DNA of 63,142 nt, counting the filler, from Octopus bimaculoides (Eukaryota): NCBI RefSeq assembly GCF_001194135.2. It is 7 parts of 6 records of this genome, joined end to end, with 100 filler letters (N's around TTAATTAATTAA, not from the genome) between each part and the next. Parts side by side here need not be neighbours in the genome. Positions count along the whole stretch, not along the records: positions 23,990 to 31,021 come from NC_068981.1; positions 31,122 to 40,149 come from NC_069002.1; 5 more parts are not named here. One strand, 5' to 3'. Below, one piece after another: positions 27,140-39,108 of this stretch. Position numbers and translations under genes: made by a program. Within the stretch, counting starts at the first letter, position 1. Every line of letters begins with the position of its first letter. Under the pieces are notes generated by a model, which did no database searches, was not told the DNA's origin, and saw nothing but the letters and a program-made list of their open reading frames with translations.

Positions 27140-28196
27140 GGAAAGTGCATTGATGTGTGTGAGCTCATCTGTATGTACTTCGTGTTTAAAGGATGAATAG
27201 AGATAAGAACCCGATGAAGTTCCGTTATATACTTCCTGGAGACAAAAAAAAAAATGGTGGAAACGAAATGTGGAACAGAAAAAAACAACAAAATAACAAA
27301 AAATGGAACCTGCTCAAGAATACTGCCACCTCCACACGCACACTACATTCCCCCATCTAAAGCATCATCATCACCACCATCATCATCATAATCATCATCA
27401 TCATCATCAACATCACCACTNNNNNNNNNNNNNNNNNNNNNNNNNNNNNNNNNNNNNNNNNNNNNNNNNNNNNNNNNNNNNNNNNNNNNNNNNNNNNNNN
27501 NNNNNNNNNNNNNNNNNNNNNNNNNNNNNNNNNNNNNNNNNNNNNNNNNNNNNNNNNNNNNNNNNNNNNNNNNNNNNNNNNNNNNNNNNNNNNNNNNNNN
27601 NNNNNNNNNNNNNNNNNNNNNNNNNNNNNNNNNNNNNNNNNNNNNNNNNNNNNNNNNNNNNNNNNNNNNNNNNNNNNNNNNNNNNNNNNNNNNNNNNNNN
27701 NNNNNNNNNNNNNNNNNNNNNNNNNNNNNNNNNNNNNNNNNNNNNNNNNNNNNNNNNNNNNNNNNNNNNNNNNNNNNNNNNNNNNNNNNNNNNNNNNNNN
27801 NNNNNNNNNNNNNNNNNNNNNNNNNNNNNNNNNNNNNNNNNNNNNNNNNNNNNNNNNNNNNNNNNNNNNNNNNNNNNNNNNNNNNNNNNNNNNNNNNNNN
27901 NNNNNNNNNNNNNNNNNNNNNNNNNNNNNNNNNNNNNNNNNNNNNNNNNNNNNNNNNNNNNNNNNNNNNNNNNNNNNNNNNNNNNNNNNNNNNNNNNNNN
28001 NNNNNNNNNNNNNNNNNNNNNNNNNNNNNNNNNNNNNNNNNNNNNNNNNNNNNNNNNNNNNNNNNNNNNNNNNNNNNNNNNNNNNNNNNNNNNNNNNNNN
28101 NNNNNNNNNNNNNNNNNNNNNNNNNNNNNNNNNNNNNNNNNNNNNNNNNNNNNNNNNNNNNNNNNNNNNNNNNNNNNNNNNNNNNNNNNNNNNNNN

Positions 28197-28197
<1 letters not shown>

Positions 28198-28272
<75 letters not shown>

Positions 28273-28337
28273 TAATAATAATAATAATAATAATAATAGT
28301 AATAATGATAATAATGATAATAATTATAATAATGATA

Positions 28338-28407
<70 letters not shown>

Positions 28408-28434
28408 TAATAATGATAATAATTATAATAATGA

Positions 28435-28469
<35 letters not shown>

Positions 28470-28488
28470 ATAATAATAATAATAATAA
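28198..28488 (+). repeat. Long imperfect (AAT/GAT/ACT)n trinucleotide microsatellite
   Basis: Directly visible; source of the poly-Ile ORFs in the track. Confidence 0.95.
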
Positions 28489-28958
28489 CAGCCAAAACGC
28501 AGTAGGAGAGAGAGAGAGAAAAAAATAAGTTGCAGTATGTGTTATGCATTAGGTGTATCACCATTGGAATATCACCTGCACACCTTGCAGGTTCGTTTAG
28601 ATTCTCTTTGATAAATGACTGAGTGTTTTACCTTATTGTGTTCTCACAACCTCCCACCTCTGGAAAAGAAGGAGGAAAAAAAAAATCAAGCGGTCACATG
28701 ACGTTGTCATTTAATGCCCACATAAAATTCCGAATGACTGAGGTCTTATAACCAAAATGGCTGAAACTGCAATAGCACGCGCGCACACACATGGATTCAT
28801 ATAGATATCTTTTACGTGTTTATCTTTTACGTGTTTCAGTCGTCAAACTGTAGCCATGCTGGGGCACTGCCTTGTAGAGGTGGGTTAGTGGTGCGAATCG
28901 ACAGCTGGTACTTATTTTATCGGTGACTTTTGGTGAACCACTAGATTACAGGATCAAG

Positions 28959-29002
<44 letters not shown>

Positions 29003-29764
29003 CACAACGGCGTTCTTTCAGTTTCCGTTTGCCAAATCTAGCCACAAAGGTTTGGTCGGCCTGAGGCTAGAGTAGCCGAAAGTGCCACGCAGTAGGATCG
29101 AATCCAGAACCTTGTAGTCGGGAAGCAAGCGTTTTGCCATACAGCCATACACTTGCTCCTNNNNNNNNNNNNNNNNNNNNNNNNNNNNNNNNNNNNNNNN
29201 NNNNNNNNNNNNNNNNNNNNNNNNNNNNNNNNNNNNNNNNNNNNNNNNNNNNNNNNNNNNNNNNNNNNNNNNNNNNNNNNNNNNNNNNNNNNNNNNNNNN
29301 NNNNNNNNNNNNNNNNNNNNNNNNNNNNNNNNNNNNNNNNNNNNNNNNNNNNNNNNNNNNNNNNNNNNNNNNNNNNNNNNNNNNNNNNNNNNNNNNNNNN
29401 NNNNNNNNNNNNNNNNNNNNNNNNNNNNNNNNNNNNNNNNNNNNNNNNNNNNNNNNNNNNNNNNNNNNNNNNNNNNNNNNNNNNNNNNNNNNNNNNNNNN
29501 NNNNNNNNNNNNNNNNNNNNNNNNNNNNNNNNNNNNNNNNNNNNNNNNNNNNNNNNNNNNNNNNNNNNNNNNNNNNNNNNNNNNNNNNNNNNNNNNNNNN
29601 NNNNNNNNNNNNNNNNNNNNNNNNNNNNNNNNNNNNNNNNNNNNNNNNNNNNNNNNNNNNNNNNNNNNNNNNNNNNNNNNNNNNNNNNNNNNNNNNNNNN
29701 NNNNNNNNNNTGTTTATAGTTTTAATTCTTTACTGCCATTACTTTATTTAGTATTTCTATGATA

Positions 29765-30125
29765 GGCGTAGGAGTGGCTGTGTGGTAAGTAGCTTGCCTA
29801 CCAACCACATGGTTCCGGGTTCAGTCCCACTACGTGGCACCTTGGGCAAGTGTCTTCTACTATAACCTCGGGCCGACCAAAGTTTTGTGAGTGAATTTGG
29901 TAGACAGACAACTGAAAGAAGCCCGTCGTATATATGTATACATATGTATATGTATATCTGTGTGTATATGCTTGTGTGTCTGTGTTTGTCCCCCCAACAT
30001 CGCTTGACAACCGATGCTGGTGTGTTTACGGCCCGGAACTTAGCGGTTCGGCAAAAGAGACCGTGGTGCTCCAGCATAGCCACAGTCACATGACTGAAAC
30101 AAGTAGAAGAGTAAAAGAGTAAAGA
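29765..30125 (+). mobile_element. tRNA-SINE family A, near complete
   Basis: Same core with head ggcgtaggagtggctgtgtggtaagtagc and tail ...gtgctccagcatagccacagtcacatgactgaaacaag. Confidence 0.85.
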
Positions 30126-30967
30126 GTATATATGCCTATTTGAAGTTAGTATGGTGAAAATGGTAAAAATACAATGAGGTGTAAATTATTTTTTCGTGCG
30201 CGAGCTTAAATGCGTGTGTATGTGTATGTGTATACATATGTATTCATGCATATATTTGTGTTTTGCAAATATATACCTATATACGTAGATTATCTGTACG
30301 TATGCATCTGTGTATTTTGATGTATATATATATGTTGTGGATAGTCTTGTATGCGTATATACTATTGTAACTTTATTTTATTTTTAATGCAGCGTGTATT
30401 TTATTTTATTTGATTTTAATGTGTTAATTCGAATATAATTAATTATTTACAATATGTATTTTGAGCCCATTTTTCTATTTAAGGTTTTCTTCGATTTTTA
30501 AAAAAATAGGATGAATCTATATTAAATTCATTTGTTTTGTTCATTGCGCACCCATGACCGTTATTTGAAACGACCAATCAAACGGATCCATGTGCTTCAA
30601 ATTTTATATTACTTTTGATTGCATTGTCATTCCTTTCCCATTTCTAACAAAACTGTCCGATGAACGGGAACTTTAAACTCCGAGTAACAGTCTTTTGTTA
30701 TATTTCTGCTGCTTTTAAACAAAGCATATTACTCTACCTCTGGTATTTGAGTACTCTTTTTTCCACAGGTATATATATATATATATATATGGAAGAAGAA
30801 AAGAAAATGGAAAGTAGGCAGTTAATAATTGCTTATTATTAGCAGCAAATTGGTCATCTTCACTAAAAGCCGTTTCAATTAATATGAGCAATTTGCAGTT
30901 TATAATAAACAATTATTAACTTTCCAATTTCAATTTTCTTCTTTTTTAAATGAATATAAACTATGTT

Positions 30968-31021
30968 TTTATATATACATACTAGCAGAAATACCCGGCG
31001 TTGCCCGGGTTAAAGAGAATA
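30968..31021 (+). mobile_element. Helitron/Helentron-like terminus
   Basis: TACTAGCAGAAATACCCGGCGTTGCCCGGG with a short GC hairpin, like non-autonomous Helitron-family ends; cut by a spacer. Confidence 0.45.
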
Positions 31022-31289
31022 NNNNNNNNNNNNNNNNNNNNNNNNNNNNNNNNNNNNNNNNNNNNTTAATTAATTAANNNNNNNNNNNNNNNNNNNNNNN
31101 NNNNNNNNNNNNNNNNNNNNNAATTGCTAAAAGCAACAGTAACATCCACCCCTAGGGGTCAGCCACACTTAAGTGGCAATATACTACACTTTATCGTGCA
31201 GTTACTGTTAATACTTCATTTAGAGAATTAACATTAATTGTTTTAACTTATCCATATATGGTGTTTTCTTTTACTGTGCAATTAATTCC

Positions 31290-31688
31290 TCTACTTGTTA
31301 GCTGTACAAAAGAATTTTTGGAATGCTATCATCTTTCACTTGAACAACATGTCCTATCCATCTAAATTCTCACCAGCATGCTTTTGATATTGCAGACATT
31401 ATATTTTTCTAAGATTTTGACATTCAGTATCTCATCTTGCCCTTTTATGCTGTAGATATTGTGCAAACAGCACATGTAAAAGGTTTCAAGTTTCTTTATA
31501 TGTCTGTAGTAGGGAGTGCATACTTCTATCTCATATAAAGTGTGCTCAAAATACAAGATATGTATACACTAATTTTAGTTTTCAAATTGACACCATGTTC
31601 ATCCCACAATTGATAGTAAAGTTTTCCAAAAGCCCGAGATAGTCTAACACTGATTTTGTCATCAAGAATACTCCTAAAGTTTACTGTA

Positions 31689-31690
<2 letters not shown>
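31290..31690 (-). mobile_element. RTE (BovB-like) LINE fragment
   Basis: SRAFGKLYYQLWDEHGVNLKTKISVYISCILSTLY...TPYYRHIKKLETFYMCCLHNIYSIK..DEILNVKILEK matches the RTE post-RT region; frameshifted. Confidence 0.75.
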
Positions 31691-31739
<49 letters not shown>

Positions 31740-32121
31740 CAGCAGTAGCAGTAGTCCTTTCTACTATAGGCCAAGCCCTGAAATTTTTGGGGAGGTACTT
31801 ATTTTAACAACAACAACAACAACAACAACAACAGCAGCAGCAACAGCAACAGCAACAACAACAACAACAACAAAGATTGCAACCCTTCATAAAGGTAAAT
31901 AGACAATACGAAGAGTGCAATGCAATTTGTAATAGACTGTTTATTTAACAGTTTGAACAATATTTCTACAGATCGTCTGTCTTTTTCAAGTTCAAAATGT
32001 AAAATGAAAACAGCTGCAGAACACAGAAATTCAAAATATGAATGAAGAAATCCTGCATTCCTGTTTTGATAGAATGACACCATCAGGCACAATAGCAGTA
32101 GTTCAACAAAACTTGCTGAAA

Positions 32122-33500
32122 TGTTATGGCAATAATAATAATAATAGAACGACCCCTGCCACGTGACAAGTGGTATGTGCTAGTCGTTATAAATACTGTG
32201 ATGTCAAGTAGACCGGGGTGTCAGTCAGGTAGACAGTCGATAGATAGTTGTGTCTTACTTGTCTAACTATACTGCTATACTGGAATGGGTATTATAACAG
32301 TCCGACAGAGGATTACAATAGTGGCGACAAGGAACTAATAAACTCATGAAGATTAAACAAACTCTGAAGGAGTTATGAAACTCACAATAGTTTTTTGTGT
32401 GAATTTTATGCTATACAAAATCGTAAAATTATGGAAGATTTGTTGGCTGGTTTGATCAAGTTCAAAAACAGCAACAACAACAACAATTATTATTACAGCA
32501 ACAAATGCAACAGTCAATGAATAGTAAGTCATCAAAAAATGCTGACAAGATGTTCTCACCAGATTATGTTACCAACTCAATAACGGAATTTAAGTATGAA
32601 CCAGACAAAAGAGTTACCTTCAAGGCATACAACAGAAAATACAAACAGATCTTCAATAAAGAGTGCAAAGATTAGGATGACGATATGAAAATGCGTCTAA
32701 TCTTAAGAAAACTGGCTGTAGCAATTACATACTCCCCAAAAAAACCTTCTGACATAAACTTTAAAAATACAATAGACATATTGTGTAAAATTTTTAGCAA
32801 GAAAATCTTGTTGTTCAATTCATGCTGGAAATGTTTGAACTTAGAAAAGAACAATAAGGAGGACTACATCACATATGCTGGCAGAGTTAACAGAGTTAAC
32901 AGTTCAAACTGGACAAATTAATGCCAGGAGACCTTTGGAAATGTGCTGTGCGTGAGAAGACCCGGCAAGCCAAGTAAGATCGTTGCCAGTGCCCCTGGAC
33001 TGGCTTGTGTGGGTGGCACATAAAAGACACCATTTCGAGCGTGGCCATTTTCGTGCGGGTGACATGTAAAAGCACCCACTACACTCTCTGAGTGGTTGGC
33101 GTTAGGAAGGGCATCCAGCTGTAGAAACTCTGCCAAATTAGACTGGAGCCTGGTGTTGCCATCCGGTTTCACCAGTCCTCAGTCAAATCGTCCAACCCAT
33201 GCTAGCATGGAAAGCGGACGTTAAACGATGATGATGATGATGATGATGATGTTCAAGTGCCTGTATTTACTCAGGGAAAAGACACAGAAGTAAGAATAAG
33301 AATTCTTGCTAAGCTGGAACAAAATCAACCCGTAACCTTACAAGTGTCAGAAGAGTGTGAAAGAATAGTAAATTTAAGGCATGATGCAGAGAAAATTGAG
33401 CATAAAGATTGTTCCCAAGTGAAACAAGTGTGAAACAGATAGAATAGAAATCAAGTGTGAACTAAAATGCAGAACAAACAGGTCAAAAAATCAAGAGACA
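32122..33500 (+). mobile_element. Ty3/Gypsy LTR retrotransposon remnant: 5' LTR, PBS and degenerate gag, interrupted by a younger SINE/LINE tail at ~32918-33250
   Basis: LTR-like TG(32122)...CA(32317) followed by PBS-like TGGCGACAAGG (32322). Gag fragments LFNSCWKCLNLEKNNKEDYITYAGRVNR and, after the insert, MFKCLYLL/KDTEVRIRILAKLEQNQPVTLQVSEECERIVNLRHD resemble K02A2.6-type Gypsy gag. Confidence 0.75.
32918..33250 (+). mobile_element. Young (GAT)n-tailed SINE/RTE-tail repeat (also 45974-46076 -, 62935-63108 +; older copies at 41130-41485, 47100-47500, 58160-58920)
   Basis: ggcgttaggaagggcatccagctgtagaaac...catgctagcatggaaagcggacgttaaacgatgatgat. The copies at 41130 and 47130 retain an RTE ORF end (RPKKTWD.V..DL). 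Confidence 0.8.
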
Positions 33501-33904
33501 TATGGTTGTGATGCATGTGCCTTGTGTACCCTTATCAGATGGGTAGTCATGATGGGTATACTGGGCTTCATATATTTGTACCCCATTGTCACTTAGATGG
33601 CATGCACTGCTCTCTCACTCAATAATAATAATAATAATGGTTTCAAATTTTGGCACAGGGCCAGAAATTTATCCTCTACAATAGCTCTGAGCTATAGTAG
33701 AAGACACTTGCCCAAGGTGCTGCACAGTGGAACTGAAACTGAGACCACATGGTTGGTGAAGCAATCTTCCTAACCATGCTGCCACTCCCAAACCTCTTCT
33801 ATTTATAAACCAGTCCTTTATTAAATTGACCCAACAAATTTACAATCTTTCAAGAATCATTTATTGAATATTCTGAATGGATGCCAGTTTTTAAAGAAAC
33901 TTAC

Positions 33905-34073
33905 CGATTAGGAGATGTTTTAATGAATGTTGGAATGGGATCTTTCTTTTTGGTATCTTGACTCATTGAGTGGGACATCGCAGTTGATCTTTTTGGTAAG
34001 CCCACAACAGATTTGGTTCCACCCTGTGCACTTTCAATGGAGAACTTCTTTGAGGCATTTCTTGTCTTCTTGC
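33905..34073 (-). CDS. Unidentified gene B exon (169 nt, phase 1->2): (C)KKTRNASKKFSIESAQGGTKSVVGLPKRSTAMSHSMSQDTKKKDPIPTFIKTSPN(R)
   Basis: Acceptor caatgtatttccttcag and donor CG|GTAAGT. Phase-compatible with the upstream exon and open in the required frame. Confidence 0.82.
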
Positions 34074-34186
34074 CTGAAGGAAATACATTGTATCATCAGC
34101 ATCATCGTTGTCGTCACCACTACCACCACCACGACCACCAACAACAACAACGACAGCAACACTTGATAATGATAAAAACAACTTAC

Positions 34187-34481
34187 AAAAAACCACATCC
34201 GAATTTCTTCGGAATTTCGAGGAAGACTGTGATATTATTCTGGATCTTCTGCTAGAGCTGTGAGGGTCACTCATTTGAGTGGCAGCATCCTCTGTCGATT
34301 CTATAGAACTGCTGCTTTCTGAAAGAGGTTCACTGGTGCTGACCATCTTTGATGCTGTGGTTGATCTTGCCATTTTGGGTTGCCACAATTTGGAACCTTC
34401 TTCTTCTTCATTTTCTTCTTCATTTGTCTGTTTCTCTTTCGCTTTCTGTTTTATAACAAAACTGTGTTGAGATTGAACTCC
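34187..34481 (-). CDS. Unidentified gene B exon (5' end in N gap): GVQSQHSFVIKQKAKEKQTNEEENEEEEGSKLWQPKM...RRNSDVVF
   Basis: Open frame up to donor T|GTAAGT at 34186 (phase 1). Joins in frame across a 113-nt intron to the next exon (T|GC = Cys). Confidence 0.82.
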
Positions 34482-35563
34482 NNNNNNNNNNNNNNNNNNN
34501 NNNNNNNNNNNNNNNNNNNNNNNNNNNNNNNNNNNNNNNNNNNNNNNNNNNNNNNNNNNNNNNNNNNNNNNNNNNNNNNNNNNNNNNNNNNNNNNNNNNN
34601 NNNNNNNNNNNNNNNNNNNNNNNNNNNNNNNNNNNNNNNNNNNNNNNNNNNNNNNNNNNNNNNNNNNNNNNNNNNNNNNNNNNNNNNNNNNNNNNNNNNN
34701 NNNNNNNNNNNNNNNNNNNNNNNNNNNNNNNNNNNNNNNNNNNNNNNNNNNNNNNNNNNNNNNNNNNNNNNNNNNNNNNNNNNNNNNNNNNNNNNNNNNN
34801 NNNNNNNNNNNNNNNNNNNNNNNNNNNNNNNNNNNNNNNNNNNNNNNNNNNNNNNNNNNNNNNNNNNNNNNNNNNNNNNNNNNNNNNNNNNNNNNNNNNN
34901 NNNNNNNNNNNNNNNNNNNNNNNNNNNNNNNNNNNNNNNNNNNNNNNNNNNNNNNNNNNNNNNNNNNNNNNNNNNNNNNNNNNNNNNNNNNNNNNNNNNN
35001 NNNNNNNNNNNNNNNNNNNNNNNATATATATACATATACATATATACATATACATATATACATATACATATATACATATACATATATACATATGTATATA
35101 TATAGTTCTATGTATATATGGGTGGAGAAGTTTCGAGTCTTTGTCAGTGTTTTTCTTTATACTGACTTTTTCAACTGATGTGAACATAGAAAAAAGTCAG
35201 GATGTAATACCCTTGATCATAAGTCTGCTGGAGCAGGGATGACCTGGGGTTAAACAGCAATAACTGCAAAAGCCAGTCAACAAAGAAGCAGACACAGTTA
35301 GAGAACATTCAGTTAGGAATCAGGAATTTGTGTCTAAACAGATGGTGCTTCTAGAAATAGCTGCCAAATCTCTTTCAAACTATGCCTTACCATCTTAAAA
35401 ATAGGACAAAGAAAATTGGAACAAGAAAATGGGCAAGGAAAAGGCCTTGGCTGGAACACTTTTGATCGCAGACCTGTTGGATGACTTGGGTAGCAAACAG
35501 CAAGAACAATAACAAGAAAATCAAACAGTTCCAATTTGCCAAACTTTGCTGCTGTTAACTTAC

Positions 35564-35985
35564 CCTCTTGGTAAAGCCAAAGAACTTTGAACATGTTGCT
35601 GCTGATTAACTCTTGACATCAATTCTTGGTTTGTTGACATAGTACAGGGATCGTTTCTTACCAAAGTTCCTTTGTCTGTAGATGTAGCACTATGGTCAGT
35701 TCTTGCTGCAGGTTCAACTGCCATTGGAACAGTTTGGTCGCTTCTTGCCCGAGATGTTGTGTCCATTGGTGTGGTTTGACCAGTTCTGTTTAATGATATT
35801 GCATCTGTCTGTTTGGAAACAACTTCAGGATTATTAATTGGATGTTCTTTATTCGTATCAGTGAATTTGGTTAATGGCAAAAGGCCAGGCATGGATTGCC
35901 TGGATTGCTTTGGTGGAAGTGACAAGTTCCAGACATCAGAGATTCCACTGTCTGGAACACTGGTTGTGCTGCTAACTTCATCACA
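35564..35985 (-). CDS. Unidentified gene B exon (422 nt, phase 0->2): CDEVSSTTSVPDSG...QSSLALPRG; low-complexity, probably disordered
   Basis: Acceptor ataattcttttccag and donor GG|GTAAGT. Stop-free for 140 codons in non-repetitive sequence. Confidence 0.8.
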
Positions 35986-36699
35986 CTGGAAAAGAATTAT
36001 TACATATATATTGTGCTGAGTCCAAAGAAAGTTGTGGTGAAAGAGTACAGCAGGGTTCGCCACCATCCCCTGCCGGAGCCTCGTGGAGCTTTAGGTGATT
36101 TTTGCTCAATAAACACTCACAACGCCTGATCTGGGAATCGAAACCGCGATCCTATGACCGGGAGTCCGCTGCCCTAACCACTGGGCCATTGCACCTCCAC
36201 TCATATATATGTACATATATAAAAACACACATATATATACATACACACTCAAAAGCAAGCAAAGGTATATAGACACTAATGCACAAGTATAAAAATTACA
36301 CACACACATGCGCATGCATGCACACACACACACACACACATGCGCACACATGCACACACACACCAACTGACAAAGACACTAACATTTACATACATCTAAA
36401 CTCACAAACATACAAACATAAGCACACAAACACACACACACATATTTACAGCTGCACATATGCAGATGTACACATACAGACAAAGACACACATACAGTTA
36501 TTGACATAAGCAAAGGCACACACATGCACACACATCAAATTGTATAAATGCTGTTTTCTTTTCTGTTTCTTTTTTTTTTACCTTTTTATTTCTTGTTCCA
36601 GTTTTGTTTTCAGGAACTTCTGGAAGGCATCTACTCACACGGAAGTTTTTGTTTGGTTCTGAAATTCAGAACAATTCAACATTAAAACGTTTCTTATTT

Positions 36700-36912
36700 C
36701 TTTATTGTCCACAAGGGGCTAAACATAGAGGGGACAAACAAGGACAGACAAAGGGATTAAGTCGTTTACATTGACCCCAGTGCGTAACTAGTACTTAATG
36801 TATCGACCCCGAATGGATGAAAGGCAAAGTCAACCTCGGCGGAATTTGAACTCAGAATGTAACGGCAGACGAAATGCCACTAAGCATTTCGCCCGGCGTG
36901 CAAACGTTTCGA
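36700..36912 (-). mobile_element. tRNA-SINE family C (also 55490-55623/56072-56130 +, 56135-56320 -, 56350-56570 -)
   Basis: Shared core gcctttcatcc.ttcggggtcgata.attaagtac and head gttctgagttcaaattccgccgagg. Confidence 0.8.
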
Positions 36913-37419
36913 TCCCAAAACTATTGCATACTTCAGTCTCTCACTCTCAGACATGATAGCACATCTTTGAGGTTGATGTCTGTGAGTGACTTTCTATTAA
37001 TTAGTCAAATGGCTCTTTATGTTAATTAGTTGAATAGCCCTTCTCTGGATGTTGTCTATGATGTTTGTGTATGTATTAGTCACAGCACCATCCTAGTAGT
37101 GGAACCAATAACCATCCCTTCATGACCCCTATGAACCTCATCTTAGATAAGTTTGTTGTAATCTAAGAACCACTTTTAACACCATCACTGTTTGGTCCTT
37201 AGGTGCCTTTAGTAGGGACCTACTTTCTGTTAGAAGTATTCAGACAAAGTCTCTTGTCTGACAATACTACAGAAGAGAGACGGTAGCACCTGAGGCATTT
37301 GCTGGATCTCTGGAATTGGTAGGAAATGTGTTGGAGGGAAAGAATCATAGAGGATTAATGCTGTACGGAGAAGCAGATCAGGGTATTGAGATTGGGGGTG
37401 GAGCCTTAATTGTCAGGCC

Positions 37420-38330
37420 TAAAGAAAGCCTTGGGACCACCTGGTTCAGCCAACTCTGGATTTCATCCCACAGATTTTCAAATCTGGGCTGAGAGCTGGC
37501 CATGGCATGGTTCTGATGTTGTGCAGATGCAGGAAGTCCATGGTGACCCTAGTCATGTGGGAGGGAGCATTGTCCTGCAGGAACATGTGGCTATGGTGAC
37601 ACGCATGAAGAAGAGCACGATGTGAGGTCTTAGGATCTGGTCAAAGTAGCGCTGTGCTGTGAACACCATTCCCTCTGCCTGCGCCAAGATTTTGGAACAC
37701 ACGGGGCCCAATTCTCTGATTCAGGACTATAGCACCTGAAACCATGATGATTTGGCCACCCCACACGTATCTCTCCATGACACATGCGTCTCTGTAGCGT
37801 TCACCTCTCCTACACCACACCCTCACTCTGCCATCCGAGGTGGAAATGTAGTACTGGCTCTTGTCAGAGAAGACTATCAACCTCCATTGTTGATGCTGCC
37901 AATGTTGGTGCTGTGTAGCCCACTGTAGTTGTGCCTGATGGTGGCGGGCGGTGAAAACAGGCCCTCGAGCAGGATGATGGCAACAGAGGTTGTTGGCAGC
38001 CAGTCAATGTCGTATCATGTTGTCACTGATGGGTTGCTGTTCAGTGCCAATGGGCTCACGAGCTGTCACGCTGGCGGGTCTGAAGTTATAGAAGTGTTGC
38101 AGGTGGATGAAGTGATCCTGCCTGGGCGTGGTCATCCGAGGGTGCCCTCTGTGGGCACAGTCTGCAGTGCTGTTGGTGTTGTATTGCTGTTGCAGGTGAT
38201 AGATGGTGCTGACATGGACATTGTAAGCTTTTGAAACAACCAGAGCACACTGCCCTGCTTGCAATCGGTCAATAGCCTGTTCTCTTTGCACTGCTGACAA
38301 TCAGGTCATACCTGATGCATCCAAATTACA
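37420..38330 (-). mobile_element. Tc1-like transposase pseudogene
   Basis: HTH region MSAVQREQAIDRLQAG...RGHPRMTTPRQDHFI, then IVFSDKS, DGRVRVWCRRGERY, WGGQIIMVSGAI, LQDNAPSH and WPALSPDL. Frameshifted; third catalytic residue lost; TIRs not identified. Confidence 0.82.
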
Positions 38331-38464
38331 AATGCCAGGAACACAGTTCAAGTTGATTTTTATACCCATAACCTCCACAAGATGTACATGCATTTCAGTT
38401 AGCTGATTTGCAATTTGGGTCTCAGCCATAAACCAGCTTGTCTTGGAATATTTACACTTACATC

Positions 38465-38880
38465 CCGATAATAAATTTTCAGAAGAGTGACTGTGTGGTA
38501 AGTAGCTTGCTTACCAACCACATGGTTCTGGGTTCATTCCCACTGCGTGGCACCTTGGGCAAGTGTCTTCTACTAAAGCCTCAGGCCAACCAAAGCCTTG
38601 TGAGTGGATTCGGTAGACGGAAACTGAAAGAAGCCCGTCATATATATGTATGTATGTGTGTGTATATGCTTGTGCATCAGTGTATGTCCCCCCAACATCG
38701 CTTGACAACCAATGCTGGTGTGTTTACGTCCACATTATTTAGCAGTTCGGCAAAAGAGACCGATAGAATAAGTACTAGGCTTACAAAGAATAGGTTCTGG
38801 GGTCGATTTGCTCGACTAAAGGCAGTGCTCCAGCATGGCCGCAGTCAAATGACTGAAACAAGTAAGAGAGTAAAACAGTA
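38465..38880 (+). mobile_element. tRNA-SINE family A, full length
   Basis: Complete head-to-tail match to the other copies. Confidence 0.85.
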
Positions 38881-39056
38881 AATATAAAAATGAAAAATAG
38901 CATTTGTGGTTCAGTGTATTTATAGCTATACCTAAAAGATAAGATGGTCACTGCTGGGATGATTTTTATCGAAGGTCAAAATTACAACAATATCAATAAT
39001 GGCAACAACAACATAAATAAAGAAGTTTGCTTATCTTATCTTTCAACAATACTCAC

Positions 39057-39108
39057 CATTTTTGAGGGCCAAATTTTGCTGGGTTCCTCCTTCAACAGTG
39101 ATTTTCTG
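39057..39108 (-). CDS. Unidentified gene B, candidate exon: (R)KSLLKEEPSKIWPSKM (phase 2->0)
   Basis: Strong donor ATG|GTGAGT. Tandem TAG-CAG acceptor (start at 39108 or 39105) with a weak pyrimidine tract. End phase 0 fits the exon at 35985. Confidence 0.55.

Noticed and set aside
25807-28564. Long ORFs in the track, including poly-Ile, poly-His, (YI)n and (TH)n
   Set aside because: They are translations of N runs and di- or trinucleotide microsatellites; the same applies to most ORFs over 150 aa in the track.
31799-32092. Terminal exon of gene B (also considered at 30715-30912)
   Set aside because: Acceptors are plausible but give no convincing peptide or donor, so there is not enough support to call.
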